In this document: in pieces, positions 1 to 14,200 of the stretch
Layout of the letters: every line of letters begins with the position of its first letter
Position numbering within the stretch: position 1 is the stretch's first letter
Assembly: GCA_003344405.1 (NCBI GenBank)
Contig: NOWV01000023.1
Location: 372,001-436,000, forward strand
Length of the DNA stretch: 64,000 nt
Direction: 5' to 3'
From: Trichoplax sp. H2
Taxonomy: Eukaryota
The notes under the pieces: model-generated
Database searches by the model: none
The model's input: only the letters and a program-made list of their open reading frames with translations
What the model was told of the DNA's origin: nothing
Made by a program: the position numbers and the translations under genes

Positions 1-2408
1 TGACCGAAAGTAGTAAAGAACTACCACACAGTAGATCTCCAGGTGTAGTGGAGCAAGGCATATGTAATCTATTAGTTTAGTGTAGTAGTTCGCAACATAA
101 GTTTGTGACAGAGTATCCAGAATCCTCTGGGATATTGATATTTCATTGAAAAAATGAATTAGATATACATATAATCCATTGAAGTGTATCTCTCATTAAT
201 CAGCAATCATGTAGACATAGCGATTATTTGGCTACAAGTTCGTAAAGTTTAAAAATGCGGATAACTGTTAATCTTTGTCATATAAACAAAACTATCATAT
301 GAATAATCAACGGATAATACTTTACTTCTGTCTCGGATATGATTTCAAGAAAAAGATATACGCGGTAGTAAAATAATAGGAATAGATATTGAACCGATAA
401 ATATTTTCTAATCAACAGTGATTGTCTTGTACTTCACAATTATTTTTTATTTACACTATACATATGAAACACTAGGTTACCACGGTTTTTCTTTTCATTG
501 AATTCTATTAACATTTCAGTAATATTTATATGTACGAAAACAGGTAAGGATGTTAATAAATAGTACACGTACAATATACGACGCGAAAATGCGATAAATT
601 GTATATCATTGTGGTAATGATATCCTATTGGCGTACGTTTTCGGTAGTGTATTGTACATTCTACTAACACAACACAGTGCATAAAAAGTATTTTAAGTGG
701 CATTTTGATTCTACTCTTGACTTCCGATCATCGTATTTGGTTGAAGCAAAGCTATCGTAAATTAAATTCATGATGATGATAAATCAACTCAATCTATTTT
801 CTAATGTTACTATGTATCAAGGGTCAAAAATGGTAGAAAAAAGAAAGCGAAAACATAATAAAGCTCAATAATAATAAATCTTAAGCGCATAGTAACGTCG
901 ATTATACAGTACATTAGCTGTGAAGCTGCATTTCGATTAAGAGAAAAAACAGAGGCATTGTAATGTATAATAATCCACCATTGGCAGACATTAGGATAAA
1001 TGAGATCAACTTTTAAATAAAAAAAATCAATATTTTTAAACACCAAAGTCAATTTAATGCAAAAGAGGATCAGTCTATTATTAAATATTTGATGCTTGTA
1101 CAATGTACTCGTACTCGTACTCTAGTAAGTATCTTATCAGCCTAATTTTTTTTATTTCATTTCCTACAGTTGACTGCAACAGTAGCAAGAATACATCTGC
1201 TTGAATATTTTATACTTGAATAGAATTAAATATAGCCTTGAATTATAAAGGAGTAATAGATATAAATTAAAAGAAAACATCTTGTTTGTTGCATTGGCGC
1301 TCAGGTTACATCTAAGTACAACTTTCAAACTAACTCTGTTAACTTAGCTGTTGTTGTTACATTACCGATGTGCATGTATAATTGTATATCCGTGCTATCA
1401 TAACCTAATTTTAGTAGTATACTCGTATCACTTTACTGACGTTCAATTTTATCGATGATTACCAGATAATTATAATAACTAGGTACAAATGATAGGATAT
1501 ACGTTATCGAACTAAACCGTATGTCAACTGTAATTTATCAATTGCCTAAACATCGATTTCATTACTATTTCCGCTACTCAATTTTTCACAGTAAGAATAT
1601 TTGAAAAAGTTCTTTTATGTAATTTTGATACTCAGCGTCTTTCTTGGATTGCATCGTCTCGAAATAAGAGGATGGTCATAGATCGCTGATACGACATACA
1701 GTAGTTGATCAGTAAAATATGCACAAAGGGGATTTGTTGAACTATTATTTTTATCGCTTTCTGAATATTGTAGACTATACCGTAGACAATATGTCAAGCG
1801 TAATGTTTTTTACACAATCTTATTTAAAACAGATAAAAAAAATGAAGGCTGTTCATATATATATGTAGTGTTGTTGTCAGTAAGACTTGTGTCGTTATGA
1901 TGATCATCATGGATACGCGTAGAAAGATCATTTTATAATAAAGCAGCATTAATGAATAGAAATTCGTAAATTATCATTGGAAGGGATAAAAAATAAAACT
2001 ACTATCCTTATGCTTTGTATTTAGTAATTGGTACCATCTAAGATCACATGCAATTTTCTCGATAATAGCCGGTATTAATTTAGTTAACAGTGTTTAGTCA
2101 GGCTCAGTGAAATACGATAATTACTTGCACGAACATGGATGACTAATCCAGTTATAATGAAAAGATCTATACACGCATTCTATGAAAGATTTTAAATTTT
2201 TAGATCTATCCTGATTCACCCTATTTTTCTTTACTAGCAACGTTTTAAACATATAATATGCGGTATGTCGAATGATTATTCCGAAATGTTAAAATGAAAT
2301 CTAGTAATAAAGTACGGTAGATCAACTACAGACAGCTAAAACGTTTGGATTAACAAAGGATGGATATATACTGTACCCGGTAAGTATGATCTTTTGTTAA
2401 GCTAGGAA

Positions 2409-2611
2409 GGCAATATCAGAAAATTGTCAGAAGCTGTACTATAATGGACATTGTGCACGATCATTTTAGTAAGCCATATCGGTATTTTGATACTCAATTA
2501 TAGTACAGCTTCTGACAATTTTCTGGCAATATCAGAAAATTGTCAGAAGCTGTACTATAATGGACATTGTGCACGATCATTTTAGTAAGCCATATCGGTA
2601 TTTTGATACTC
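2409..2611. repeat. 87-bp direct duplication separated by a 29-bp inverted copy of part of the unit
   Basis: 2409-2495 equals 2525-2611; 2497-2525 (attatagtacagcttctgacaattttctg) is the reverse complement of 2417-2445. Confidence 0.9.
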
Positions 2612-3699
2612 CTATCAAACTTTAGTTCATCATCATGATAACAAATTATAATAATCGGTCAATCTAGAAAAAGATTACGTACTGTACTGTAGTGGCCTTT
2701 TAAATGTGTAACGCGTACTTGTAAAATTATCGTCGTTCGTCATGAGTATAACATGTTGTACGTAGCATACAATGCAAGACAACTTTCCTTTATATTTACT
2801 TAAAAGAAATAATAAAAGAGAGAAATAGATGAAGTTTATGCGTAAGAAAAAAATATTTTAGAGTATCAAATATCGAACATGATGCATTCTGGAGTAAGAT
2901 AAAGCTGGTAATATTGAAAAAAAGTTTGTTGATATTTGTTGGCAATCCCGGAGGTAAACAAACCTATTCTATCTTTTTTACTCATTTTAACCTTTCCAAT
3001 ACAATAGTTCTTCGTAGACAGTACTTTAGAGTCAAAGTCCGAAATCACTTTAGACGGTTAAGTCATATTAATTTATTTTATGAGTTATGCGGAGTTCAAT
3101 TATTGATAACGATGATATTAGGAGTAGAACAATAAAGTATTGAGGTATGCATCCGTGCCATCAGGCGTAACTTTCGTTAGAGCAATTTCTAGTAGAATCG
3201 TCACTTTTAAAACTAAGGTCTATTTAACGACTACCTTGGTCGAAGGATAAGCGAAAAGGTAGTACAGTTTGAAATATGATCAATTAATATTATGTTTTAT
3301 AAATGATCAAATGAGATTTATTGAAACACTGGCTTAATAGAGAAAAATACGGACATAGCAAGGGGCAATTAGAGTGCCATCATAGGTATTTTAACATGGC
3401 GAGAACTTGTAAAAACATGTACTTGATTTAAATGTAGGAATAATCAAGCAACATCTCGAACGTTGCCTTTTTTACTCGTACAAATATATATCTGGAGTAG
3501 AAAAAGTAAAACCTGTCCTATGCTAGGTCGTCGTCTACACGTAGTAAATTAAATTCTATAGTGGACTGGATAAAAATCGCTAGCAATGCACATAAATCGA
3601 GTGCTTGCACCTGTATGGTAGATACTTTTCAGCCGGTAACAGCAAGATAATGATGATAACAATAATTGTTTAAAGTTTATTCTGCTACTGCATTAAGCT

Positions 3700-3840
3700 G
3701 TCTAGTACTGTGCTGTACTGTACTATATGTATGTACAGTAGTCTACACTCTACAGTATACTCGTCTATACAGTATATATATATATATATATATATACGTA
3801 CAGTATACTGTATATGACGTATATATACGCGTACACATAA
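3700..3840. repeat. Low-complexity TACAG/CTGTA tract with a (TA)n microsatellite
   Basis: (TA)n at about 3773-3797 embedded in tactgt/tacagt motifs. Confidence 0.8.
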
Positions 3841-5345
3841 TGCAAGTGGATCACTGCTAAGACTAAAAGAAAATTATCTAAATTAACGGTCAATATTACT
3901 GCAACATACCTCCATCTTGCTAAGATTTAAACGAGTAGAATATTGGTCACGGCATTGCGATAATTCCTTTGCAATCTCCTAAGATGTTGAAAAATTGAAA
4001 AAACTGGTGTTATACTACCAGAGTGCATAATACGTAGCAAATGCTGATAGTATTTGTCTAACAATAATTAATCTTTTCATTTGGCTAAATAAAAAGTTAA
4101 ATGTAAAACTTTATGTGTCTTTTTTTCTCAATATAGCGATTGTCAAGGTTATAATATAGCACCACATTACTGGATAATATGTTGATATTACATAATTTAA
4201 TTTTTAATTTTTAAAAAATATGACACGATGTTACTATGGAATAAAAATCTACAATTTTTTTATGTGGACGATAAGACATGCAATTATGATACTGTTAGCA
4301 GTTAAATTATGAATAGAAGGGACATTAAGCATAAATTGAGTAAAACAGTAATTTGAAGTCGACTGTTGTATCGTTATATCATGGATCTAAGTTGGTTCAT
4401 TAGCAGTGAAAATGTATGAGCCAGAAAAGGATGAAGGAAGTAGTTGATCCTATAACTGCAAGATTATGAATTTGTGATCAGCAGTCAATACGCGTATACT
4501 GAAGTACTGTAGTATAAGAGCGGGCAACCAAAATTGTTGCTATTTATTTATAAAATATTAAAAATTGCATGCATCTAGACAACATAGGATTTCTACTGCA
4601 GGTAACTATAAGTATACTATGAGTATGTGAATTTTTGCCATTTTTGAGGAGTTGATTGAAACCGTTCATGGCTACGATCATCTTGCACGCATTAGGAATG
4701 CGTGCAAGAATACAAGCTAGAATTGGATATTCACGAGCTTAACAACAGAGCGAGTGACAACGTTATGTTCGGTAGAATTCAAAGTCTTTGCCTTATAGTA
4801 CACACTTATCCTGTTATGCGGAAGCTAGGTATACAGTACAAGGAATGAATCAACATTTAGTTCGTAATGTCCTTTACATTATCAGGCTGTTGGAAGATTG
4901 ACTACGATATCTTTCGTCCGATGCCATGATTGTAGAGTACAGTGCATTTGTTGTGAATAAAAGTGGTAAGAGAAAGATTGGACTCAGTTCATAGACAATC
5001 TAAAGTTATGATTGGCATCATGTTATTGATGTACTATAGAGTTAAGCTACCCACTAATTCAATATTCACATCAAACTCATCAGTCGTCGACACAAGTTGC
5101 ATTAACGGTTCTCAATATTACAGTACTGTTATCTCACTGTACATACTATTTTTGTAAAAGTATTTCAAAGCAATCATTTATTGATTGATTTTGTTGAATA
5201 AGATTGGTTTTCATTGCCATTTCTGATCTTGTAAAGTGCATGTATGACTACAAGATAGGCGAAGGTGCTCGTTGAGGATGATTGTGAAAGTAGTTTTATT
5301 TTTTGAAATGTGCTAGTATCATCAAAAATTCAAGAAGGCTCTTAC

Positions 5346-5528
5346 CGCTTGACTTGAGGTAATGGATTGCTTTCTCTTATTCGTCGGTTTTGGTTTGAGT
5401 CCAGGTATACTGACGGTAACACGCTTTTTGGTTTCGTTATTTGCTGTGGCGGCTGCCATAGCGGCTACAGCTGATGCGTCTTCACTAAGTGAATTCCTGC
5501 CTTTACTTAACCTTCGAAATACTGCCAT
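5346..5528 (-). CDS. Putative coding exon of an unidentified minus-strand gene (first coding exon or internal exon); the remaining exons were not located
   Basis: Open frame MAVFRRLSKGRNSLSEDASAVAAMAAATANNETKKRVTVSIPGLKPKPTNKRKQSITSSQA ends exactly at a strong G|GTAAG donor (5345-5341). A T-rich polypyrimidine tract followed by CAG at 5524-5522 could instead make it an internal exon starting at 5521. No family recognised. Confidence 0.45.
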
Positions 5529-6377
5529 AATGAAATTGGGGGAAAAAAAAAAAATCAAGTAATTTTCGATGTTCTACACTGAGGTGCAAAATAGCAATCA
5601 GTACTGTTGACTGGATTCAGCTACGATACTGAATACTCGTACTTCAAGCTTACTACAGTAAATTAAACTCCTGTACACCAGGTATACAGTAGAATCTCTT
5701 GCAATAAATCAATCTCTAAGAGTAGAATTAATGAAGGTTCCAACTGTTTCAAATCTTCTCTAAGCTATAGTCGTTATGATTATGGCAGCACGAAAATTGA
5801 AAATGAATTTTTCGTCGACATGACAATTTGAGAGACAAAAATTAACTGACAACGGTGCCACTCGCATACTGTACACTATCCCTTCCAGACCAGACAAGTG
5901 TGCCACAACTAGGTATTGCACAGGTATATATTGTCAGTACAGCACAGTACAGTAGACTGAGTCGTCTACGTTCGTTCAATCAATAAACAGTGCGTTACTG
6001 TATTATAGAACTGTACGGTACTGTACTGGACTGGACTGTGTACAGTACGTGCCGTCGCATGGTATCATACTGTGCAGTAGAGATTCGATTACATACAAAG
6101 AGCTTTTATCTACGCCGCAACGTTTGTTGCCGCTGAGTTTCTGACTCGTGATTGAAAGTTATTCTTATCTGGTGCGAACTTCTGCGACATCACAGACGAT
6201 TGGACAGCGAGCGAGTGACGGCTGACAGTACAGTACAGTACAAAAGAAGAACGTTTCAGCCTGACTGATGCCTTCACTCAGGCAAGCTGTTTTACTGTAT
6301 TGTTAGTAGTGTACTGAACTAATTGTCAAATCACCGTGGTTTGCCTATAGTGTAGAGTATGTTACTTACGCGTGTAC

Positions 6378-7715
6378 TGTAAGTATGCGTTATGTGGTTG
6401 TTAGTACAAGCGTAAAAGCACAAAGTCCATCGTTATAAACTGTCTAGTACACTTTAAAGTGTACACTATACTGTACAGTATATTACAGTAAGTATGCGTT
6501 ATGCAGTAGTTAGTACGAGCGTCAAAGCACAAAGTCCATCCCTAAAAACTGTACAGTGTACATTGTAATTCAGACCTGATCAGGCCGTCGCAAATGCGAC
6601 TCAAGTTCACGCATCAGCCCTTTGACTACCGTTTTACATTGAACTCACTGCCACTGAAACACGGTGGTTTGGCTATGTGCATATTGTACAGTGTACAGTA
6701 TGGTACAGTAAGAACTGTACTGTATGCGTCGTAAACTGTCCAGTACACTGTACGTACAGTGTAATTCAGACCTCATCAGGTCATCGCAGAGGCGACTCAA
6801 GCTCCCGCATCAGCCCTTTGACTATTGTACGTTTTACATTGAACTCACTGCAACTGTACCACGGTGGTTTGCCTATGTGTATATTGTACAGTGTACAGTA
6901 TAGTACAGTAAGCACTGTCTGCGTCGTAAACTATCTAGTACAGTACACTGTATCTTCGGAAATATCCTTCTACGAATGTAAATACCATACAGGAATTTCA
7001 ACGGAATACAACTTTAATTTTTGAACGAAGGGGAGACATCGAAATAATCAGATTGTACTGTACGTACAGTGTAATTCAGACCTCATCAGGTCATCGCAGA
7101 GGCGACTCAAGCTCCCGCATCAGCCCTTTGACTATTGTACGTTTTACATTGAACTCACTGCAACTGTACCACGGTGGTTTGGCTATGTGCGTATTGTACA
7201 GTACAGTGTATATTACAGTACTGTACTGTACGTCGTAAACTGTCCAGTACTGTACACTGTACTGTACGTCGTAAACTGTCCAGTACTGTACACTGTACGT
7301 ACAGTACAGTGTAATTCAGACCTGATCAGGTCATCGCAGATGCGACTCAAGCTCACGCATCAGCCCTTTAAATTTAATTTACATTGAACTCACTGCAACT
7401 GTACCACGGTGGTTTGCCTATGTGTATATTGTACAGTGTACAGTATAGTACAGTAAGCACTGTATGCGTCGTAAACTATCTAGTACAGTACACTGTATCT
7501 TCGGAAATATCCTTCTACGAATATAAATACTATACAGGAATTTCAACGGAATACAACTTTAATTTTTGAACGAAGGGGAGACATCGAAATAATCAGATTG
7601 TACTGTACGTACAGTGTAATTCAGACCTCATCAGGTCATCGCAGAGGCGAGTCAAGCTTACGCATCAGCCCTTTGACTGCCGTTTTACATTGAACTCACT
7701 ACGACTGTACCACGC
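6378..7715. repeat. Complex tandem repeat array with a higher-order duplication
   Basis: Module gtaattcagacct(c/g)atcagg...catcagccctttgac...cattgaactcact occurs at about 6565, 6761, 7071, 7311 and 7616. A second module tatcttcggaaatatcc...gggagacatcgaaataatcagattg occurs at about 6951 and 7496. A third module gtaagtatgcgttatg...agcacaaagtccatc occurs at about 6379 and 6488. Confidence 0.9.
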
Positions 7716-9519
7716 ACACTACAGTATTGTAACCAGTAGTACCGACTGGACAGTGTACAGTATTAGTAGCATTGGCCAGTAGCAAGATTGCTCGTTCACT
7801 AGCGATCAAAAAATATCTTATATTGATTTTTGATCGTTAGTAGTGAGTAGCCCTTATTAATATTTCAAGTTTTGAACGTTGAAATTGTTGAGAATTATCA
7901 TTTTAAACGTACTGTGTAGTGCATAATGAGAACTAATGAGAACTAATGGGAACTGCTACATAGATCTCCAATCGTTTAACTTAATTATACGTACAGTATA
8001 ATAGACAAATGAAGCCAATGTCCGACTGTGGAGTTTGGAGTATACTGTACGCCCATTCAACCGAAACTACGAAAAATGAATACTGTACAGTGTACAATAT
8101 GCACGCACACCGTCAACGCGTATACGGAGCCTACAGTGATATCAGTAATTGCGATCTAATTTAATTCAATTTCTTCCAAATCATTACAATAAATGAAATA
8201 ATACTAGGGATAGGAAACCCCCCCTGCTTTTCAATAAAAGCTTTATACAAGTAATACACCTAGGGTACAGAATAAATTGCCCATTCGTGTCTACAGTAAA
8301 CAATTCACATCCACTCCACCTGTAGATCTCTCGTTTTATTTTATTATAATAACCGTAGAGGTAAAAGAAAAGAAAACAGAGTACCTCTATGATCTATCTA
8401 TGATTATAATAATCACCTATTTGAAGGATTGACTACAAGGCGTCACTGGTGTTTATACGATCGGATATTAAAGCAATCGACCAAAACTGTTCCTGTTGTT
8501 TTTTTAACTGTGAAAATTTTTTAATACCATTTGGTAAATACTTGACGTTTTGCATGGACAGTAAGTCATCGCAGCCATAGCGCTACATTGCATTTGTTAG
8601 AACATATCCCAAGATTTGCCCTAATAATCAATTCATTGGATACATCCACTGTCAATGATATCTACTGTCTGTGAAATAGATTGGGTTATGCCATGGAATA
8701 CTTTTAGTTATTATTGTACGGTACATAGAAGAACAAGGGTGAGTAAGGCTTTTCTCAATGTGCATTCATTTTCCGATTTTTTGCCAGTGTGCATTGGGTC
8801 GTATAATACAGTACAGACTAACTACAAGGCAGTCTATTGGTAAAAATGATGATACGTACATTTTATATATTTTTTTACAGTTTGAATACTTGACATGGGC
8901 TGATGGGCGCCGTTCCTTTATTGATAGTCAGCAATGATAACTACTATATTATCGACCATCAAGACAGTACAGTACTTACGACGCCAGGTGCATAAATAGA
9001 CTATAGAAATAGGTAGCAATTGATTATTAAATCATCATGGATTATCCCAATTTGAACTTGTAACATATGACGTTAAGGAAAGTATCATCTGGTCTTGATC
9101 TTACCGTTAATTCGATCAGCTTGCTGATAAAACCACTTGGAAGCAGTCAATCGGTATAATGGCTTCGTATTCACAAGATGGGCTAGTACAACTTTATGGT
9201 CAAGAATCGGTAATTCCTTGGGGCTATCTTGCAAATGAATTTACTACAGTCGTGTTTCTTTATAAATTGAATTAAAATGATGAACTTTGTATTATTAATT
9301 AATTCACGATTGACTACTAAAGCTGTTCTATGGCATTGGCCTACAAACTGATACTGTAGTCATATCGCTTTGCTGTAATTTACACGTATCTATTAAAAAC
9401 TGAAAAACTTTTCAGGCAGTCTGTGCAAAGGTTGTGTGACAATTTGCTGTGTTGTGTGATTGGTAGGCAGTCGCCAATTGTTGATTTAATCAATTAACAA
9501 TTCAACTATCATTGTTCAT

Positions 9520-11080
9520 ACAGTACTCACAGTACGACAGTATAGCAGTTCTACAGTACAGCTGTATTGCTCAGTGGCACAGTACAGTACTGTACACTGT
9601 ACTGTACGTCTGTACTACATTCCCACTCTAGTGTAAATACAGTGTATACACACGCGTAATCTTTTTCGTTTCCAATTCTTTAATATGAAGTTAGACACTT
9701 TAGTAGTTACCAATGTAACATAATATACGACATATACATCAATCGACAACACATTAGTTGTTAATCCTAAATTTCCACATCTAAAAAATTTATCGGATTT
9801 CGTAAAAAAATGCCCGAATATACAGTAATTAATATGTGCTGATTCATCGGATTGGAAAAGGATCATACTGTACTGTACTGTACAGTACTGTGTACTGTTA
9901 CTACAGTACAATCCTCTACAGTAAGTGCGAGATAAAAGCACATTCAACAATTACATCAGGCATCTTGTTGTATTCTCTTGTTTATTTTATTGAAGTTTAC
10001 CTCGAATTTTGTTATACGGTGCTCACAACTGAATCCAGTAGCACAAGTAGTTCCGTTGCATCCTCACTCTACTATAAACTTGCCGTACAATGTTAGTGTA
10101 CAATGTATGTACATATGAGTAAGGTGAGCGTGGGTGAGTGACAGATATACAGTAGTACACTCAAGATTGAGGCAAGAAGATTACATGACGCATCTTGTTT
10201 ATTTACGGTACTGTAATTTTACCTCTAGCTTATTCTACTGTTCGGTACCGCGGTAGTTGGATTGCTCAGTTGCTTTCTTTTTAGTCTACTGAGACAAGTA
10301 AAAAAAATCAAGAGAGCTAACTTACCCTACTCAGTATGCAAAACTAAAAAACTTGCAGCACTGTTCTCAGTAGCGTGACTTACCGTAGAAGCGGACAAGG
10401 GGTAGCAGTGAGTTAATCTACAGTATACTATCTATACTGTACAGTGTACAGTACTGTACGTGTACAGTACAGTACACTACAATCTACAGTACACTATATT
10501 GTACTGTACAGTACAGTCTACACTCAAGAATGACATGAGGCATCTTATTGTTTTCTCTTGTTTATTTAATTTTACCTCATCTTTGTTTATATAGAGAGCT
10601 GTAACATGTCATGCTGCATACAGTCTCTGGATTGCATGACTGCATGATTAGGTCATCAGTGTGTTCGTTTGCGCACATTTTGCAGAATAACTGTTTGCAT
10701 AACTGTATCCCACCTACTATACTGTGTACCATGACTCATTGGTGAATCAGCGATTTCAAGTACTGTATACAGATAGTTAGATAGGCAAAAAAGAGTAAAT
10801 ACTGTACTGTACTGAGTACAGTTTAATGTAGAAGAGTACGGCGCAGTGATTGCTCTAGGCCTTTGACTACGATGGCCCAGGAGTTGACGAACCGCCCTAA
10901 GTACAGTACTGTACTGTACTGTAGTAGCGGAGCAATGTCAACGAAATGAACCGTACTGTAGTGTACAGTGCACAGTGCACACTCACTGCACAGTACTATA
11001 CTGTACTGTACTGTACAGTACAGTACAGTACAGGACTGGAGAAATCCTATACTGTATACTGTACTGTAACTGTGACAAAT
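9520..11080. repeat. TACAG/CTGTA/GTAC-rich low-complexity region with three diverged gcatcttgtt...tttacctc copies
   Basis: Dense tacagtactgta-type motifs; related blocks at about 9960, 10191 and 10540. Confidence 0.75.
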
Positions 11081-11224
11081 GATCAGCATACTAGAGCAAG
11101 GTAGTTAACTAGGCCTGACCAACATGAAGTTAAACGATCCACCAAAATGGAGATTTACTATCGTTCATCGTTAGAGTTAAGGAGCATGGAATAACATCAA
11201 AAGAAAACTTATTCAGAATACGAA

Positions 11225-14200
11225 ATGGCTTTCTTAGGAAGAAATGTCCGTAGCAATTACTACGATACACTGGGATTTGTAAATGATCCTCATCGAAAAC
11301 AAGGATTAGAAAATCTTTTAAAAGAGAATGTTATTGGTTGGTGGAGGAATTACTGCATCATTCCGTTAATGATAATGTTTTTATTCAAGATTGTAGCCAA
11401 TCTTCTTGACAATCAATTTAACATCAACTCATATCATAGTCATACTAATCTTAAACCGTAATAATAGATGAATAATTGTACCAAGGGTAGAAGCACTTTC
11501 GATCGTTGTTGTACGTGCAGTGTATACTTTCCATGTTAATATCGCATATACAGTACTATACCTATATCTATGTGTCTATCAAACGTACTCTCCCTTGTGG
11601 ATGAATGGAGCTGTAGTGATACAACATGCATACGTGTAAATAGATAGCGAAAGATCAATGTATTCTATTAAAATCGTTCTGTACCTGCAAGGTTTTATTG
11701 ATATTCTGGTCTTGAAACTACATTTTAATTGTTAGCATACAAAGTATTGCTCGCTATTACACTACAATATCGGCGTAGTTTTCAAGCATTTTGCCGTGAA
11801 ACACATAGCAGCTCGGATGGACGTAACCCTTCACCCATATGCAATAATTAGATGAGAGTAAACATTTCAATATGATAGTTAAAATAACTTAAACTTGCTC
11901 GATAATTTAATATCTGGCCATGTCGTTAATTAGGCTATACAATAGACGGTATCTGGGATATACCCTTAGATGCAATAAGATGAGAGTAAATATTTCAATA
12001 ATACAGTTAAATAATTTAGCTTACTGGATAAGCTAAGGGCTGGCCGTGTCGTTTATTATGCCGTACAATTTACAGTAGCTCGGATGTACCGGTATATGAA
12101 TAATAATATGAGAATAAATATATCAGTATTACAGTCAAATAATAAATTAGCTTGCTCGATAAATTGATATCTGCCTATGTCATTCAACTTTCAAAGTTTT
12201 TATAATATGAAACTTTGCTGTACCCTATCGACTATAATCTACCAGCTTGCTATCATTGTCAAGATTGCCATTCTGTAATATATCTTAACGGCTAGCTTGA
12301 TATCCTATCATTAATTATAGCATAAGCAGCCAGTTGATACGCTAACTCATCAACTAATTGATCTGTTACTTTCAATACTTTATCAAGCTCGACCTATTTA
12401 TTTCATATCATATAAGCGATTAATTGTTTATTCAAGATGTGACATAACAACTGTGCGATATTAAATGGAATCATTGGCGGTATAGAATCATTAAATCAAA
12501 TTTTAAAATTTTCCCTTTTTTAATTGGCATCTTGTATACTTGTCTAGCGAGCCTAATATACATTATACTGTATTCTATTTAGCTAGAAAAGAATATAAAT
12601 ACAAGAAAATCATTACTTCAAGTATAAAATTATGCAGGCGCCTTCGCTAATTTAAAATATCTTCTAGTATTAATTGCAAATAATAATTACAATAGTCTCA
12701 GAATACTGTAATTCTTAATCGAGAAAGTTGATGCCAAATATACTTTGAGCTCCGTTGCTACTTTATCTGCATACGAGTGTGAGATAAACTAGTATTTCGG
12801 TGCACACGTATGCTCCTCCTATTTCATAATACGTCAGGGTTTACGCATAAAGTCCTGTAGTTGTCTAGTTTATATACAGTTAACGTTAGTATACTCGTAC
12901 TAGATAACTATGACGTCTAAAGTACGTAAAGCTTAATTTAATGCCTGGATATACGCATGAATACAGATTACTAGTGAAGAGATTGTAGACTTTTTCTTTT
13001 AATATTTATATTATGTAATTGCGATAGATCTAGAATGATTGTGTTCATAATTACGTCCATAGATAGTTACAATGGTATGAAGCTGTGGGCGTAATGCAAT
13101 AAACATAAATTACTTCTTTACTGGAGTAAAAGAATAACTCAGTTTTGCTTTCTTTTTATACTTTAAGATATAAAAGGTATCTCAACTTATCTACTTAAAT
13201 TTGATGTTCCAGCCAAATACCGTGTAATTATGTGGGAACTGCTATTAGGTAAGTTACTTTGTAAACCATTGTAAGTGATGCTTTAATAACCATTAATTGA
13301 ATAAATTAGTATTTACTTTAAAGTATTTATACTGTAGTGTAACTATTTCACAGTAATCATTCAGAAAGCAAAATATTTGCTAATAGTTGCAATGTGATCT
13401 CATCGATTTCGGATATCGATGATAGTATAAGTGTTACTGAAAGAAAAGATTGAATGTTCCTAAGCCTACTTATACTAGAAATAATAATACAATAAATTGA
13501 TACCAGTAAAGCTTATTTATTCTCAGGATATAGCATTACTTCATATAGGAATTTTACCGAAACACCGAGAATGTCATACATTTATAATGACTCAGTTAAA
13601 GGAATCATATCATGATCTTAAACGTGCGGCTTTGATTACGAATAAATCTGTTGACGAATCCAACAAGCCCAATTTGTTAATTAGCGTTTACTCATTAGAG
13701 CAAAATATTAACCTAAATACTTATCAGGCAAGTATTACATTACTTTGATTATATTATTATACATAACAACGATTTTAATACCATAGATTACGAAATAGCA
13801 TTCTAACGGGGCTAAATTACATCCTTTTCATAAATATTTGCTCTTTAAATTCGTATAGGATTTTTATACTGTGAGTGAACCAATAAAACCGCTTGCCCGG
13901 TTAATTTTTAATGTTGTTAAGCTAGAAGAAGAAGCCTATATGATATTTCGCTCGTTTGTAAAGTTACAGCAAAAGTGGTCAACATATACGAAGGCATTGG
14001 TAAATTTTCAGTTATTATGCATCTTTCACTGTACTACAATGTCGTTGCAAAATGATATTATTAGCAGATGGCTGTACTCCATGACTTGCTAGACTATGAA
14101 TGCTTGTATAAATAATTAATTTTATTACTTCTTTGCTGCTATATTAATATTTTAAATTATTTTAGCAACTTCAAATGCAACACTTCCTGGAGCTAGAAGA

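Noticed and set aside
5362..5562. Plus-strand 66-aa hydrophobic ORF
   Set aside because: Antisense mirror of the minus-strand exon, which has the better splice signals.
6677..7569. ORFs rich in Y/C/T/V/S (6677-7024, 7053-7238, 7187-7387, 7384-7569)
   Set aside because: They are translations of the TACAG-rich tandem array with frames not conserved between copies; the same low-complexity origin explains 3666-3860, 9836-10096 and 10823-11089.
6565..7715. CRISPR-like array (conserved core alternating with variable linkers)
   Set aside because: Units exceed 100 bp, linkers are low-complexity or themselves duplicated, there are no cas genes, and the context is eukaryotic.
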